From NCBI GenBank assembly GCA_951406725.2, contig OX597830.1:41974001-42038000 (forward strand): a stretch of 64,000 bases of DNA, given 5' to 3'. Under the pieces are notes generated by a model. That model had not been told where the DNA came from. It did not search any database and was given only the letters and a program-made list of their open reading frames with translations. Every line of letters begins with the position of its first letter. Within the stretch, counting starts at the first letter, position 1. The DNA is from Octopus vulgaris. Lineage: Eukaryota. The position numbers and the translations under genes were made by a program. Of the stretch, positions 13,922 through 28,033 are shown piece after piece.

Positions 13922-14350
13922 ACATCATCATCGTCATCATAATTTAACGTCTGTTGTCCATGCCAGCATGGTTTGGATGGGTGCACCAGACTCCAGTTTG
14001 ATTAGGCATGGTTTTCTACAGCTGGATGCCCTTCCTAATGCCAACCACTCTGAGAGTGTATTGGGTGCATTTATGTGCTACAAGCATGGGTGCCATTTGT
14101 GTGCCACCAGGATGCCAATTTGTGTGATACTGGTATCTGCCACAACTGTGATTTTGTTTGGCATCATCACTTAACGCCTGTTTTCTATGCATGCTGGCAT
14201 GGGTTGGACAGTCTGACAGTAGCTGGTAAGCCGAAGAGCAGCACCAGGCTCCAATCTGTTTTGACATGGTTTCTAAATTTGGATGTTCTTTCTGAGGCCA
14301 ACCACTCTACAGACTGCACTGAGTGCCTTTTGTGTGCCACTGGCACAGGT
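13922..14350 (-). mobile_element. Two family C short retroelements with (GAT)n tails
   Basis: catcatcat..tttaacgtc..tttccatgct.gcatgggttggac...ctacagctggatgcccttcctaatgccaaccact, the reverse complement of the copies at 46690-47148 and 49085-49465. Confidence 0.75.
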
Positions 14351-14876
14351 GCCTTTTACGTATCACTGGCATGGGAAAGGCAAACTGCCAGAATCATTAC
14401 CACACTTGGCAACATGCTTAACGACATTTCATCCATCTTTTCGTTTTGCCTTTCTTCCTTTCAGAATTGATGAAATAAGTTTCAGTTGAACACAAATTGC
14501 TGGCCTTGTGCCAAAATTTGAAACCAATGTGTGTGTATGTGTGTGTGTATTTATTCAGATGATGACACGTATAAGACTAGACAAGTTTCATTTTCAAATT
14601 CATCAGAGTGCCATCATCTAAATAAACAAATATTTCTCCCTTACTTCATTTTAAATTGGGGTTCTCCATTCCTTGCTTCCCAATCACATGGTTTGGGGTT
14701 CAGTCCACTGCATGGTGTGTCTGTGTGGTAAGTAGCTTGCTACCCAACCATATGGTTCCGGGTTCTGTGCCACTTTGTGCAACCTTGGACAAGTGTCTTT
14801 TACTATAGCCTCAGGCCAACCAAAGCCTAATGAGTAGATTTGGTAGACCGAAACTGAAAGAAGACTGTTGTTTTTA

Positions 14877-14924
<48 letters not shown>

Positions 14925-15272
14925 TATGGCCGTGGACGTGTGGTAAGAAGCCTGCTTCCCAACCACATGGTTCCGGGCTCAGTCCCACTGCGTGGCACCT
15001 TGGGCAAGTGTCTTCTGCTATATCCTCGGACTGACCAAAGCCTTGTGAGAGGATTTGGTAGACAGAAACTGAAAAAGGCCTGTTATATATATATAGGTTT
15101 GTGTGTATCTGTGCTTGCCCCATCACCATCGCTTGACAACTGATGGTGGTGTGTTTAAGTCCTCCATAACTTAGCAGTTCAGCGAAAGAGACCAATAGAA
15201 TAAGTCCTGGGGTCGATTTCTTTGACTAAAGGTGGTACTCCACAGTCAAATGACTGAAACAAGTAAAAGATA
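14925..15272 (+). mobile_element. SINE family B, near full length (preceded by another copy at about 14710-14865)
   Basis: tRNA-like head tgtggtaagaagc.tgcttcccaaccacatggttccggg.tcagtcccactg, then accttgggcaagtg, internal (TA)n, and 3' end caaatgactgaaacaagtaaaaga. Confidence 0.8.
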
Positions 15273-15352
15273 AAATATGCATTTATACAGATATATCTAT
15301 ATATGTATATATATACATGTGTGTATATATAGATATATTTACACACACACAC

Positions 15353-15395
<43 letters not shown>

Positions 15396-16487
15396 CATAC
15401 ATACACATATATGTATATACATACATATACAAATATATATATATGCACATATATATGTATATATGTACACACACACAAAGATACTCATTTTTATAAATTT
15501 TACACATATACACACACACATATGATATTGAACATTATTATATGTTAAATTTTTTTATTTTTTTATTTTGCGGCTTTTTTTTTGCATAGTTTAATCTTTG
15601 TGTTGTTATCTCAAAGGTAAAATGCCTTTGTTATTTTCTACGATAAGTGTAAACGGCTCCTAACACTATCAGGTAAATAAAAGAGAGTGGAGGAAATGGG
15701 AAGGGAGGGGGGAGCGATGGCAGTTTGAAATAAAAATCCCAAATAAAACTTCGAGGAAAAAAAAAAACATTCAATACTAGTAAAATATATTGAGAGGGAA
15801 AGGAAAATGAGAGGAAAAGAAGATGCAATGATAAAATATAATGAATAAAAGCAAAGAAAGCATTTTTTTTTTTTTGCAAACTATTGCATTAGGAAAGGTA
15901 TATGAAGATAAATCATCATCATCAATATTATTATCATCATCGTCATCAGCATCATTATTTAGTGTAGAAGAAAAAGGAAAAAGAAGGAAATGAGAAATAG
16001 GGGAGGGGGTGCCCACCGCCCTTCAAAGAAAAAAGCCAATTAACACATTTGAAAAAGAAATTATTTATAATTACATAAAAAATAAGAATACAAATATTTT
16101 TATAGATTGTAGATTATACATATTGTGCTACACATGTACATATGTGTATATGTATATATGCAGATATGTGTGTATGTTCATACACACATGTATGTATATA
16201 TGTATTTGTGTGTGTGTGTGTGTAGTTTTAAAAATTGGAGAAAAAAACCCCCCAAAAAACAAAGCAAGGATGTAGCACAAGCAAAGTATTAAATGTGTGT
16301 GTGTGATCAATGATGATGATGACGTAAGCATATGCACATACATATAGAGGTATACAAACACATACAGGTGTGCATGTGTGTGTGTGTGTGTGAAGAAGAG
16401 ACAGCAATAGAGAGTGAGAATGAGAACGTGAGGGAGGAGAAACTGTAACTGATCAAGAATCGGTTAAGTTGATATTAGAGGACTGAC

Positions 16488-16679
16488 CTGCTGCAGCATG
16501 GTTGAGAGAGTGCCGTAAAGGACTGGTTAATCCATCGCCCAAGACACCAAGTCCTCCAAAGGATGGTGGAATTGGAAAACCAGGTGGGTGGCCAAGCATT
16601 GAGAAAGCACTTGGCATGTGAGCCAGGTGTGGAAAAGCCAGACTGCTGGTCACTGATGCAGGACCAAATGCTGCTGAAC
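16488..16679 (-). CDS. Internal coding exon (192 nt, phase 1-1) of an unidentified gene; G/P/S/A/H-rich low-complexity peptide (G)SAAFGPASVTSSLAFPHLAHMPSAFSMLGHPPGFPIPPSFGGLGVLGDGLTSPLRHSLNHAAA(G)
   Basis: Minus-strand acceptor ctgtttgtttcttctcctcAG and donor CAG|GTCAGT. Length is a multiple of 3 and the frame is open throughout. Non-repetitive and GC-richer than its flanks. Composition is typical of disordered linkers of nuclear regulators. Confidence 0.8.
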
Positions 16680-17060
16680 CTGAGGAGAAGAAACAAACAG
16701 TTATTATACATTATACAACATACAAAATTACAAGTATATTAAGAAATAGCTAACAACGTACCATCAATAATGACGGCTAATTGTAGTATTTTATATATAA
16801 ATAAGGTACATAATAATCACACATGCAAACATTCACATATTTCCCTTGTACATGCGCACACATACACACATATACTCACACAGAGTTGAAACGCTGATTT
16901 TTTTCACCCCTTCCTTCCTTATTCATCTATCACCTCTTCTTTTCTCTTATTGCTATTACTTTCTCCCACTCCCTCTCAGTTAGGGCTATTACTCTCACTA
17001 CTTCTCCTTCACTGAGTTACTATTTTCTTTCCTCCTCTGCATCTGGTGTGATTCTGGACA

Positions 17061-17106
<46 letters not shown>

Positions 17107-17639
17107 TACATACAAATATATAAAAACACTACGCTCATTATTATATTATGAGATCCAATGATAAGACTGTCAATGAGAGTTAGACCATTATAAGTGCCAA
17201 TGTTAGAAAAGAGAATGAGTTAGTAAAATTACAATAACAAACAAATTATGCATTTTTAAAATTCTACTTTTCAGTTTAACCATTTTGATTCCACATTTCT
17301 GGTGAAATGCATTGCTTTTGTTTCATTCAGTTTCATAAATAATGAATGGTTAAGGAGCTTTTGGGTTCGGCCCCACTGTATGGTGCCTTGGGCAAGAGTC
17401 TTCTACTATAGCCCCAGGCTGACAAATGCTTTGTGAATGAATTTGGAAGGCGGTGAGCTGGTAGAAACATTAGCATGCTGGGTGAAATGCAAACTGTGAC
17501 AGTTAATAAAATAGAAATAAAATATTTATTCTTTCTGTTTCACTTGGTACCAAATGATCCATAGCCTGGTACTGACCTGTGACCTGGTGGTGGAGGGATG
17601 CTTGCCCTAAATAACATCCTATCATTTTAAATGCTTATA

Positions 17640-18020
17640 AAAATCAAAAAACAACACAGCATTCAAGACCTTTGGAAAACCTGATTTTTCATATAGAGAA
17701 CTGTCAAAGTAAGGAATAAACTACCTGCATTGGTTATTTGTTGTCAAGACACTGGACCCTTCAAAAATTCCATGCTTCTTGAAATTTGCCAACACTATTC
17801 CTAATATGCCTAAGCACTCTTAACTCTTTATGATTCTTTTACTGCTCACTTTTCTTTTTGGGTTTTATTCTCTCTGCTATGCATGCACTTTTGGCCTTCA
17901 TTTCTGTCTTTCATTACTTGACTTTTTGTCACTTTTCTGTACCCCATTCTATCCTTTTCCCAATGAGTTATAGTGCAATTGAACACTGTATACAATAAGC
18001 TCATTATTATTATTATTATT
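17640..18020 (+). mobile_element. Old degraded 3' end of a CR1-group LINE (relative of 33946-34855)
   Basis: ggaataaactacctgcattggttatttgttgtcaagacactgga aligns with the WNKLPASVVDCHDTA-coding part of the young LINE. Ends tagtgcaattgaacactgtatacaataagctc(att)n. Confidence 0.7.
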
Positions 18021-18235
18021 AGTACTGTTATTTTACTGGGAAAATGCTTAGTGGCACTTCAACTATCTCTACGTTTTGAGTTCAAATTCTGCCAAGGTCG
18101 ACTTTGCCTTTCTTCCTTCCGGGGTTGATAAACTAAATACCAGTTGAACACTAGGGTCAATATAATCAACTTACCCCTCCCCTGAAGTTGCTGGTCTTGA
18201 GCAAAAACTTGGAATCATCATCATCATCATTATTA

Positions 18236-18795
18236 TTGAGTGAGAGAGTAGTGCAGGCCATCAAAGTGACACTTGGGTACAAATTTACAAAGCTCAGTAT
18301 ACCCATTATGACTACCCGTCTGATAAGAGTACACCAGGCACATGCATCACAACCATATATGCATGACATGGTGATCTCATATCAAGATAAACATCACATG
18401 ACCTTGCAGGTGGGGCCCAGTTACAATTTTCTTCAGGTTGAGTAGCCCATCCTACTCAAAAGGTCCCTGAATAAGGACTGTTTAAGGATGTTGAATGAAA
18501 CACCCATGTTTTCAGAGGTGAATTATTCAAACCCCAAATAATTCCTCTCAACATATAGCTACGATGTTCCCTAACTACTTCTGATTGTGATCAGAAATGC
18601 ACATATTGCCGGCCCCTAAGGGATATGCTCAACTGGTTAAGATCAAGCAACTGGCAAGCAAACCTTTGGTATTGAACCAAATATTTGCTGTAGCCCATCT
18701 TTTATATTAAGACAAACCATGTACATGATAACACTTCCAATCAGTTATGATCAGAAGCCACGAGAATCAGTGCCTGGTACTTCATCAGGGCATTT
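18236..18795 (-). mobile_element. About 560-bp non-coding element embedded in (TAA)n, probably a non-autonomous retroelement
   Basis: Complex sequence bounded on both sides by ATT/ATC trinucleotide tracts within a SINE A cluster. No ORF. Confidence 0.45.
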
Positions 18796-18819
18796 ATTAT
18801 TATTAATAATATTATTATT

Positions 18820-19037
18820 ATTGAGGCAGTGAACTGGCAGTATTGTAAGCAAGCTGAGCGAAATGCTTAGCAGTATTTTGCCTATTGCCACATTCTAAGT
18901 TCAAATTCCGCGAAGGTTGACTTTACTTTTCATCCGTTCAGGGTCGATAAATTAAGTACCAGTGAAATACTGGGGTTGATATAATCAACTAGTCCCCCTT
19001 CCGCCAAATTTCAGGCCTTGTGCCTTTAGTAGAAAGG

Positions 19038-19087
<50 letters not shown>

Positions 19088-19310
19088 GGCGGCAAGCTGT
19101 CAGAATTATTAGTAAGACTGGCAAAATGCTTAGTGGCACTTTGTCTGTCTTTGTGTTCTGAGTTCAAATTCCACTAAGTTTGACTCAGCCTTTCATCGTT
19201 CAGGATTGATAAAGGTAGTATTAGTTGAACACTGGGGTCAATGTAATTGAATAGGCCTCCTGCTGCCCCCATCAAAATTTCTTGTTTTGGGCCCTTTAGC
19301 AGAAAGAACT
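18820..19310 (+). mobile_element. Tandem SINE family A copies joined by (ATT)n
   Basis: Copies at about 18822-19037 and 19086-19310, separated by about 16 ATT units. Confidence 0.8.
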
Positions 19311-19385
19311 ACCACTACAAGGAGCAACTGAAAATGTAGTTGTACGTATCAGTAAAGGGATGGGATGGTCATGGTTGGAACATGT

Positions 19386-19604
19386 TTACTCTTTTTTACT
19401 CTTTTTACTTGTTTCAGTCATTTTGACTGCAGCCATGCTGGAGCACCGCCTTTAATCGAGCAACTCAACCCCAGGACTTATTCTGTGTAAGCCCAGTACT
19501 TATTCTATCGGTCTCTTTTGCTGAACCGCTAAGTGACGGGGACATAAACACACCAGCATCGGTTGTCAAGCAATGCTAGGGGGACAAACACAGACACACA
19601 CATG

Positions 19605-19636
<32 letters not shown>

Positions 19637-19803
19637 CATATATACGACGGGCTTCTTTCAGTTTCCGTCTACCAAATCCCCTCACAAGGCTTTGGTTGGC
19701 CCGAGGCTATAGTAGGAGACACTTACCCAAGGTGCCACGCAGTGGGACTGAACCCGGAACCATGTGGTTGGTAAACAAGCTACTTACCACACAGCCACTC
19801 CTG
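19386..19803 (-). mobile_element. SINE family B, full length and little diverged
   Basis: Complete reverse-complement copy retaining many CpGs, with internal (TA)n/(TG)n and a repeated gagtaaaaaa tail. Confidence 0.85.
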
Positions 19804-21356
19804 TGCCATTTGGTCATAAGTCTGTACATTCAAGGTGTACCTTGGGCTAATTGCCAACAACATAACACCATTGCTAAGAGACCATTCTGTTGTTCAATGT
19901 ACAAGAAAAGCTTCAACTTAGACTTAATAGATCTAAACTGAATAGCAGCCTGTCAATCTATCTTGAAGTCATTTGGGGCTCTTATCAACTTCAATTCTCT
20001 GCTTTCAAATGAATGTTCAAGTGGTGACAGTCCCAACTAATTAATTAGTCTTCAGTCAATAACTAGGTTGTTTTCTTCTCTCTAAAGTGGAAAATTAACG
20101 TTTTCAGTCCTTAGAAAAGCAACAACACTTTTCATTGCATTGGTTTCAGCTTCTCAAGTGTGGTCATACTGTTGTTAATACTATTATTATCATCACTAAG
20201 CATTTTGTCCAACATGCTAATGATTCTGACAGCTGTGCAATGCCATAGTAATAATAATAATAATCCTTCAATGTCCACTTTTCCATGCTAGCACGGGTCA
20301 GACAGAGCTTGTTGAGGCAGATTTTCTACAGCTGTATGCTTTTCCTGTTGCCAACCATCACCTGTTTCCAATAGTTCCCCATGACCAGACATGTTCTTGT
20401 GGACCATTGAAAATGAATGACACCGCTTGTACGGCAGTGACACTTATATACAACTATTACACAACACCAAGACAAGGAGACACAAACATACACACACATA
20501 CATACATCTATATAAATATGGTGGGCTTCTTCAATTAATACCAATATTACTACTACTACTACTATTACTACTACTAATTATTATTATTATTTAATGTATA
20601 TTTTAATCTGATTCAATGGTAATATGTGAGGAAAGAAGAAAGCAGGAGAAAAAAAAAATTTTTTTGCAACATCTTTTTATCTAGTAGACCAAATCTACAA
20701 ATACATATGAAAAAAAGACAGACTAAAAAAAAGTAAGCAGACTAGGTGGAAACTTATCTTAGCATTAAGACTCTAAGACATTAATCAAAATGAAAAGCAA
20801 AAAAAAAAAAAAAAAAAATAGATGTTGTGATAATACAGCAGACAAGATTGATAGAAACAACAACAATAAAATAAATAAAAATGAAAAAAAAAAGGAAAAG
20901 ACAAAAAGGTGACTGGGTTTATGTATTGATTTCTAGAAATCATTTCAAGTGCAAAAAACAAAAAAAAAAAAAAACTCAACAAAACAAAGAACAAAAACAA
21001 AAATCAGTGAAAACAATATGCCAATCTCAGAAGGAATTGGACTGAGATTACGAAGAACCTCCCCAGACAAACAGGTCATATATCAAAACATATTTTGAAT
21101 ACTAATATTAAATACTACTACTACTACTAAAAACAAATCTGACATTACCATTTTCAATTCTAATGAAGGAGGAAGTGAGGGTGTTGTGTGGGGTTGAATG
21201 GGGGTGGGAGTTAATATTAATTAATAGATTCATTGGATATAAGAAAAACAATCTTGCCATACTTCTGCACTTAAGAATGGATTCAACTGAAGAATATGAG
21301 ACTAGTTGCCTAGGGTTCTTCCAATAATTTTATTTATTTATTTTTACAATCGTTTT

Positions 21357-21392
<36 letters not shown>

Positions 21393-22954
21393 TATAAAAA
21401 ATTTTTTTTCCTTAAAAAAAAATTCTTTAAATTTCAAAATTTCAGAAAATAACATTAGGCATGAAGATACTTAAAAAAAAAAATTAATTAAAAATCGAAT
21501 AAAAATTAGAATAAGGGGAAAAAAAAAAAGTTTATATTCTTTTGTGATTAGTGAAATTATCTTTGCTGTAATTAGCATCTATCTGATATCGCTAGAATTT
21601 ATCTTTCTATGGCATCGTCATCACCAGCACTATCACCAACACATCTGCAATCATCATAAAAAAAAACCCCAAAAAGCAAGATTCAATTTATTTTTGTATG
21701 ATCATTACAAATTTAATTTCTCACAAATACTCCTCTTTCCATTAGAAAATCTACATTATATGACAGCCTCTTCACAAAATGTCATTATGAATTTCGGTTA
21801 TAATCAAATTAACAAGCTACATAGTAATAACAATAATAATAATAACAACAGTAGTAGGAACAATAAATTTAATGATCATTTTGGTGTGAATTTGGATATT
21901 ATTATTATTATCATCATCATCATCATCATCATTACATATTCTTATATTTATTTGTACAGAGAGGTATGACTAATTTATATTATTTTATCCATATCATTAT
22001 CATCATTGTTTTTGTTTTGCTGTTGTTGGTGGTATAAATGGTAGTAGTGTTAGTAGTAGTAGTAGTAGTAATGTTATTTAATATTTCATTTAAAAGACAT
22101 TTTCCATATCACTGAATCATTTAGAATAGAAAGTAATAAGAAATGAAATAAACAACAATAATTTTAAAAAAAACAGAACTATTGAACACAACAAAAAATA
22201 GTCAAAATCTCTCATCCTCTCTCTCTTTGGGAATATGCTCATTAACAAAAATGCAGCAAATTTTGTAATATAGTAAGAGTAACCATGACAACCATTTTAA
22301 CTTATGGATTTTTTTTCTTTATTTTCTTTCTTTTCCTTCTCCTTCATTCCATTTCCTTTATAAACATCCAAAATTAGTCTAGATAGAATTTCTGCTACTA
22401 CTGTCAGTCACATTCAATAGGAAGAATAGGAGAAGAAAAGATGAAGCAAAAGAAATATGAAAAAAAAAAAAACAACAAAAAAAAATAAAGGAAAAAGCTT
22501 TAACGAAGTAATCTTTGGAAAGAAACAGCGAGAGAGGATGGGGGAAGGGACTGAGAGGTGATGGGGGAGAAAAAGGAGACAGAGAAAAATCCTTTTGTAT
22601 TGCTTGCTTGTACCATCAAGTCTCCCTCCCCACCTTCCTCTCACTATAACACATGAGTCATTTGCTAAGGGACATAACTCTATCAGATAAACCCTTTAAG
22701 TTCTAGATCTAAAGAGAAAGCAAAGGAGGAGGGGGGGGGGAACAGAAAGGATTTGGAGAAAGAAAAGAGAGAATGAGAAAGGAACAAATCATCATCATCT
22801 AACGTCCATTTTCCAATGCTGGCATGGGTTGGATGATTTGAAAGGAGCTGGCAAGCCGGAGAGTTGCACCAGGTTTCAATTGTCTGCCCTGGCAGGGTTT
22901 CTCCAGCTGTATGCTCTTCTTAATGCCAACCACTCCACAGAGTGTACTGGGTGC

Positions 22955-23165
22955 AAAGCAGCAAGCTGGCAGAAACGTTAGCATGCCAGGTGAAATGCTT
23001 AGCGGTATTTCGTTCGTCTTTATGTTCTGAGTTCAACTCCCACGAGATCGACTTTACCTTTCATCTTTTTGGGGTCGATAAATTAAGTGCCAGTGAAACA
23101 CTGGGGTTGATCTAATCGACTGACCCCTTCCTCAAAAATTTTGGGCCTTGTGTCTAGAGTAAAAA
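22955..23165 (+). mobile_element. SINE family A nested inside a family C element
   Basis: 16-bp TSD agagtgtactgggtgc (22939-22954) / agagcgtactgggtgc (23166-23181). The family C host resumes seamlessly on both sides. Confidence 0.85.
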
Positions 23166-23353
23166 AGAGCGTACTGGGTGCTTTTTACGTGGCACCAGCA
23201 TAGAAGCTTTTTACAAGCCCCCCCCCCAGTTTTGGGAGGGGCTGTAAGTCTGTTACACTGACACCTGAGCTCAAATGCTATTCATTTAACCGATTCTGAA
23301 GACATGAAAAGTGAAGCTGACCTTGGCAAAGTTTAATAATGATAACAACAATA

Positions 23354-23665
23354 ACAAGAGCACTCAGCAAACCTCTGCCAAGGCAACACCAACATCCTCT
23401 CAATGATTAGCCAGAGATGATTTTTAAAATGAGAAGATCTGAAATAAACTCGACTGCTCTCACACACAAGAATAATAAACACGAACCTGACTGTTCTCAA
23501 AAATTAAGTAAAAAAAAAAAAAAAACAGGAAAATAATCCAGAATCCTTGTCTGGCACCAGATTGATCCCAAAATTCAATCAGTTTGTACCAGTCACGAAG
23601 CCAAACATGCCTGAAAGTTTCATCCGAATCCATCCAGTGGTTCTTGAGATATCTTGTCCACAGGC
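23354..23665 (+). mobile_element. Truncated copy of the element at 24724-25090
   Basis: Colinear similarity from acaagagcactcag to gagatatcttgtcca. Confidence 0.7.
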
Positions 23666-23669
23666 AAGC

Positions 23670-24275
23670 AAGTAGTTTGAGGGGAGGGGGTTAAGTCAAT
23701 TACATTGACCCCAGTGCTCAACTGGTACTTATTTTATCAACCAACAGGCAAAGTCAACCTTGGCGGAATTTGAACTCAGAATGTAAAGTGATATGAAATG
23801 CCACCAAGCATTTTGCCCAGCATGTTAATGATTCTGCCAGCTTCCTGCTTTTATAATAACAATAATCCTTTTTACTTTAGGCACAAGGCCTGAAATTTGG
23901 GGGAGAGGGGTAGTCAATTACACTGACCCTAGTGCTAAGCAGGTACTTATTTTTCAACCCTGAAAGGACGAAAGGCAAAATTGAAGCCTTGGCGAAATTT
24001 GAACTCAGAGTGTGAAGATGGACAAAATATCAGAGTATTTTGTCCGGTGCCCTGACGATTCTACCAGCTTGACACCTTAATAATAATAATAATAATAATG
24101 ATGATGATGATGATGATGATGATAATAATCCTTTCTACTATAGGCTGAAGGCCTCAAATTTTTTAGGGGAGAGAGCTAGTTGATTACATCAACTTCAAGT
24201 ACTGAACTGGTACTTATTTCATCGACCCCGAAAAGATGAAAGGCAAAATTGACCTTGGTGGGATTTGAACTCAAA
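23670..24275 (-). mobile_element. Three head-to-tail SINE family A copies separated by (AAT)n/(GAT)n
   Basis: Repeated reverse-complement family A modules. Confidence 0.8.
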
Positions 24276-24723
24276 TAATATTAAGAACAAAAGGACTGGT
24301 CATATGGCTTTGTGGTTTAGAAGTTCACTATGCAATCATGTTCACATGAGATTTGAACTGAGGAAGTAGAAGGAAAATAGTACTACAAGACATTTAGCCC
24401 TTTCAATCAATGATTTTAGATGATTAATGATAAATACAAAGCCAAATATGTGTATGAGCAATGGGAATAGGGTGGGGTTAGTCTGGGAATTAGTTCCATT
24501 TATTGATTCTGGAAGAATGAAAAGTAGAATCAGTCCTTATAATTCATTATGTACAGTGTCCTAAAGCAACAATTCTCGAAACTTAAATTGCAAAGCCCAA
24601 TCCAATATTTTATAGATAATCCTTGCCATCCTAATTTTATGAAAACAAATAAAACCATAATTGTCTTGTGGGAAAATTTATTTATATATATATTTAAAAC
24701 AAAAACAAAACAAAGTAATATAT

Positions 24724-25090
24724 AACAAGAGCACTCAGAGAGCACAAACCTCTGCCAAGGCAACATCAACATCCTCTCAAAGATTAGCTGGAGATGATTT
24801 TTAAATTGAAAATATCTGAAATAAACTTGAATGCTCTCACAAACGAGAATACTAAAAATGAACCCAACTGCTCTCAAAAATTAAGTAACAGAACTGGAAA
24901 AATAATCCAGAATCCTTGTCCAGTACTGGATCAATCGCAAAATCTACCCAGTTCATGTCAGTCACGAGGTCAAACATCCCTGAAAGTTTCATCTGAATCC
25001 ATCCAGCGGTTTTTGAGATATCTTGTCCATGGACAAACAGACAAACACAACGGAAAACAATACCTCTGCCTTAGCGTAGGTGGAGGTAAT
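24724..25090 (+). mobile_element. Non-autonomous element with 3' stem-loop, Helentron/HINE (DINE-1)-like
   Basis: Starts acaagag. Carries acctctgcc near both ends, a short (CAAA/CAGA) tract, and terminal hairpin tacctctgcct-tagcgt-aggtggaggta. No TIR or TSD. A second copy is 1.4 kb upstream. Class assignment is from recalled family architecture. Confidence 0.5.
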
Positions 25091-26599
25091 AATGTTACAT
25101 TGAAAACGGTAAATACTATATTTTTTTTTTTTGTAAAATGAACTTGTAAATTAATTTCATTTAAGGACCCTTGGTCTTGTGGAACTCCAGAATTTTTTCA
25201 CGGAATTTCAGGGTTCCTCAGATCCCACTTTGTAAAGCAATTTCTGTTAACTCTCATGCCTTTGTTAGTCAACAATGTGGAAATGGTTTCAATAGAGGCA
25301 TCATTCCAAACTGTGATCAAAAATTTATTTTAGAATACAAAATAAGGAATTTTTGCATTTCGTGTCATTCATAATTTTTGGCAGATGGTATAATGATTCA
25401 ATATTTGATAAGGAAGGATGAGAGCACCTGCTATATTAACCCCGGTCTTTTATTGGTACTTTATTTTATAGATCTTGGAAGGATGGAAGGCAAAGTTGAC
25501 TGTAGCAGGATTTGAACTCAGAATTTAGACAACCAGGACAAATGCTATGAAGCAATTCTATTTGATGCCTCATCAATACAGCCAAACCTAGGCAAAAAGA
25601 TTTTTTTTTTTTGTGCACTACCCTCAGATTTTGAGGGTAGTGCACAGATGCAGTTGATTAAATGAACTCCAGTTGGTGGTCATTTGATTACTCTTGGAAA
25701 TAATGGTTTCAAACTTTGACACAGGGCCAGCAGTATTTGAGGGAAGGGGCAAGTCGATTACATTGACCCCAGTACTTAACTGGTACTTAATCCATCAACC
25801 TTGCAAAGTCAATCGTGGTAGAATTTGTACTCTGAATGTAAAGATGGATGAAATGCCATGAAGCATTTTGCCTGGAATTTTAACAATTTTAACAATTCTA
25901 CCATCTTGCTGGGACTAATTTGACACTGGTAGGATTTGAAACCAGCTTGTGATGAAATGTAGCTAAATAAGGCAAGGCACAGAGACTGACACTGTATCAT
26001 TTCTGTTATACACAGCAAATAACAACAAGAACAACAACAACAATAATGATAACAGGTAGTTTCAGTAGAATTACGATGAATAAAAGGCAAAAAAAAAAAA
26101 CACAAGCACAAACACACAAAATAAACACAAACATAGAGGGAAAAAAACAACAAAAAGGAAAAGGAAAAGAAAAATACAACAAAAGAAACAAAAAAAAAAA
26201 TAAAATAGCTGCAACCATTAGACTTAGTAACAATTTTAGTGAGAAAATCACAAGAGAGTATGTAGAGAGCAGCTGATATAAGTAGATCAATAGATGATAC
26301 TGATGATGATGATGATGATGATGGCGGTGGTGGTGGTGGTGGTGGTGATGGTGACGACGGTAGAAAGATAATTATATGTAATGTTTTTCTTCACTGGTCA
26401 CAACACTCAAAAATATTGTCATGTGTGGAAATGAAAGAGCGTGTGCGCGCATGCGTGTGTGCATGAGAAGGGCGAGAAGCAGGGTGAGGTGGAAGAGTGA
26501 GATATAGCTGGGGGGATGAAGGGGAAGGAGAGGCTTTAGGAGCAACTACATTAATTGAAACAGTTCCTCTGCCAACACTTCCTGCAGATATTTCCATAT

Positions 26600-27345
<746 letters not shown>

Positions 27346-27585
27346 CATGTCAGCATGGAAGCCAGAGATAAAATGATGATGATGATGATGATGATGTACC
27401 TGTGTCTGAGTGTGTGTGTATATTTACATATATATGCATACACATATACTCCTTGCACACTCTCTCCACCAGCTGGGTATACATACATACATACATACAC
27501 AGCTCAATCAGGATTTTCTGTTTTAGTGGCATTGATCCAGATCAAGGCAGATGACATTGAAAGACTTCAAAAAGACATAAATCAA

Positions 27586-27617
27586 ATGTGTGTGTGTGTG
27601 TGTGTGTGTGTGTACGT

Positions 27618-27697
<80 letters not shown>
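27586..27697. repeat. (TG)n followed by about 38 units of (GA)
   Basis: Directly visible. Confidence 0.97.
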
Positions 27698-27701
<4 letters not shown>

Positions 27702-28033
27702 CTACTTCCCCCTCCACCCAAATAGAAATGTCATAGACAACCAATTCTCTATTCTCAAATCATTGCCCAAATATACGAGAGCAGGTATGTATAATGTAAT
27801 GTTATTATATGACTGCCAGCCCCCCCCCCCCCTGCCCCCACTATTCCTAGATGCACTTGTAAGCTCTTCATCATGTAGGAAACATTACAAAACACTGAGC
27901 CTTGTCTATATCTCAAGAAATATACACACACATATACACCCACTGAGGGATGCTTTTATGTTTTGCGTTTTTTATTCTTAAACTGAGGATCAATATTTTT
28001 GGTAAAAATAAAGTTACTTGCAAATATATACAT

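Noticed and set aside
18765-18795. ctgatgaag on the minus strand as a possible hammerhead core
   Set aside because: No stem II followed by GAAA and no matching stem I downstream.
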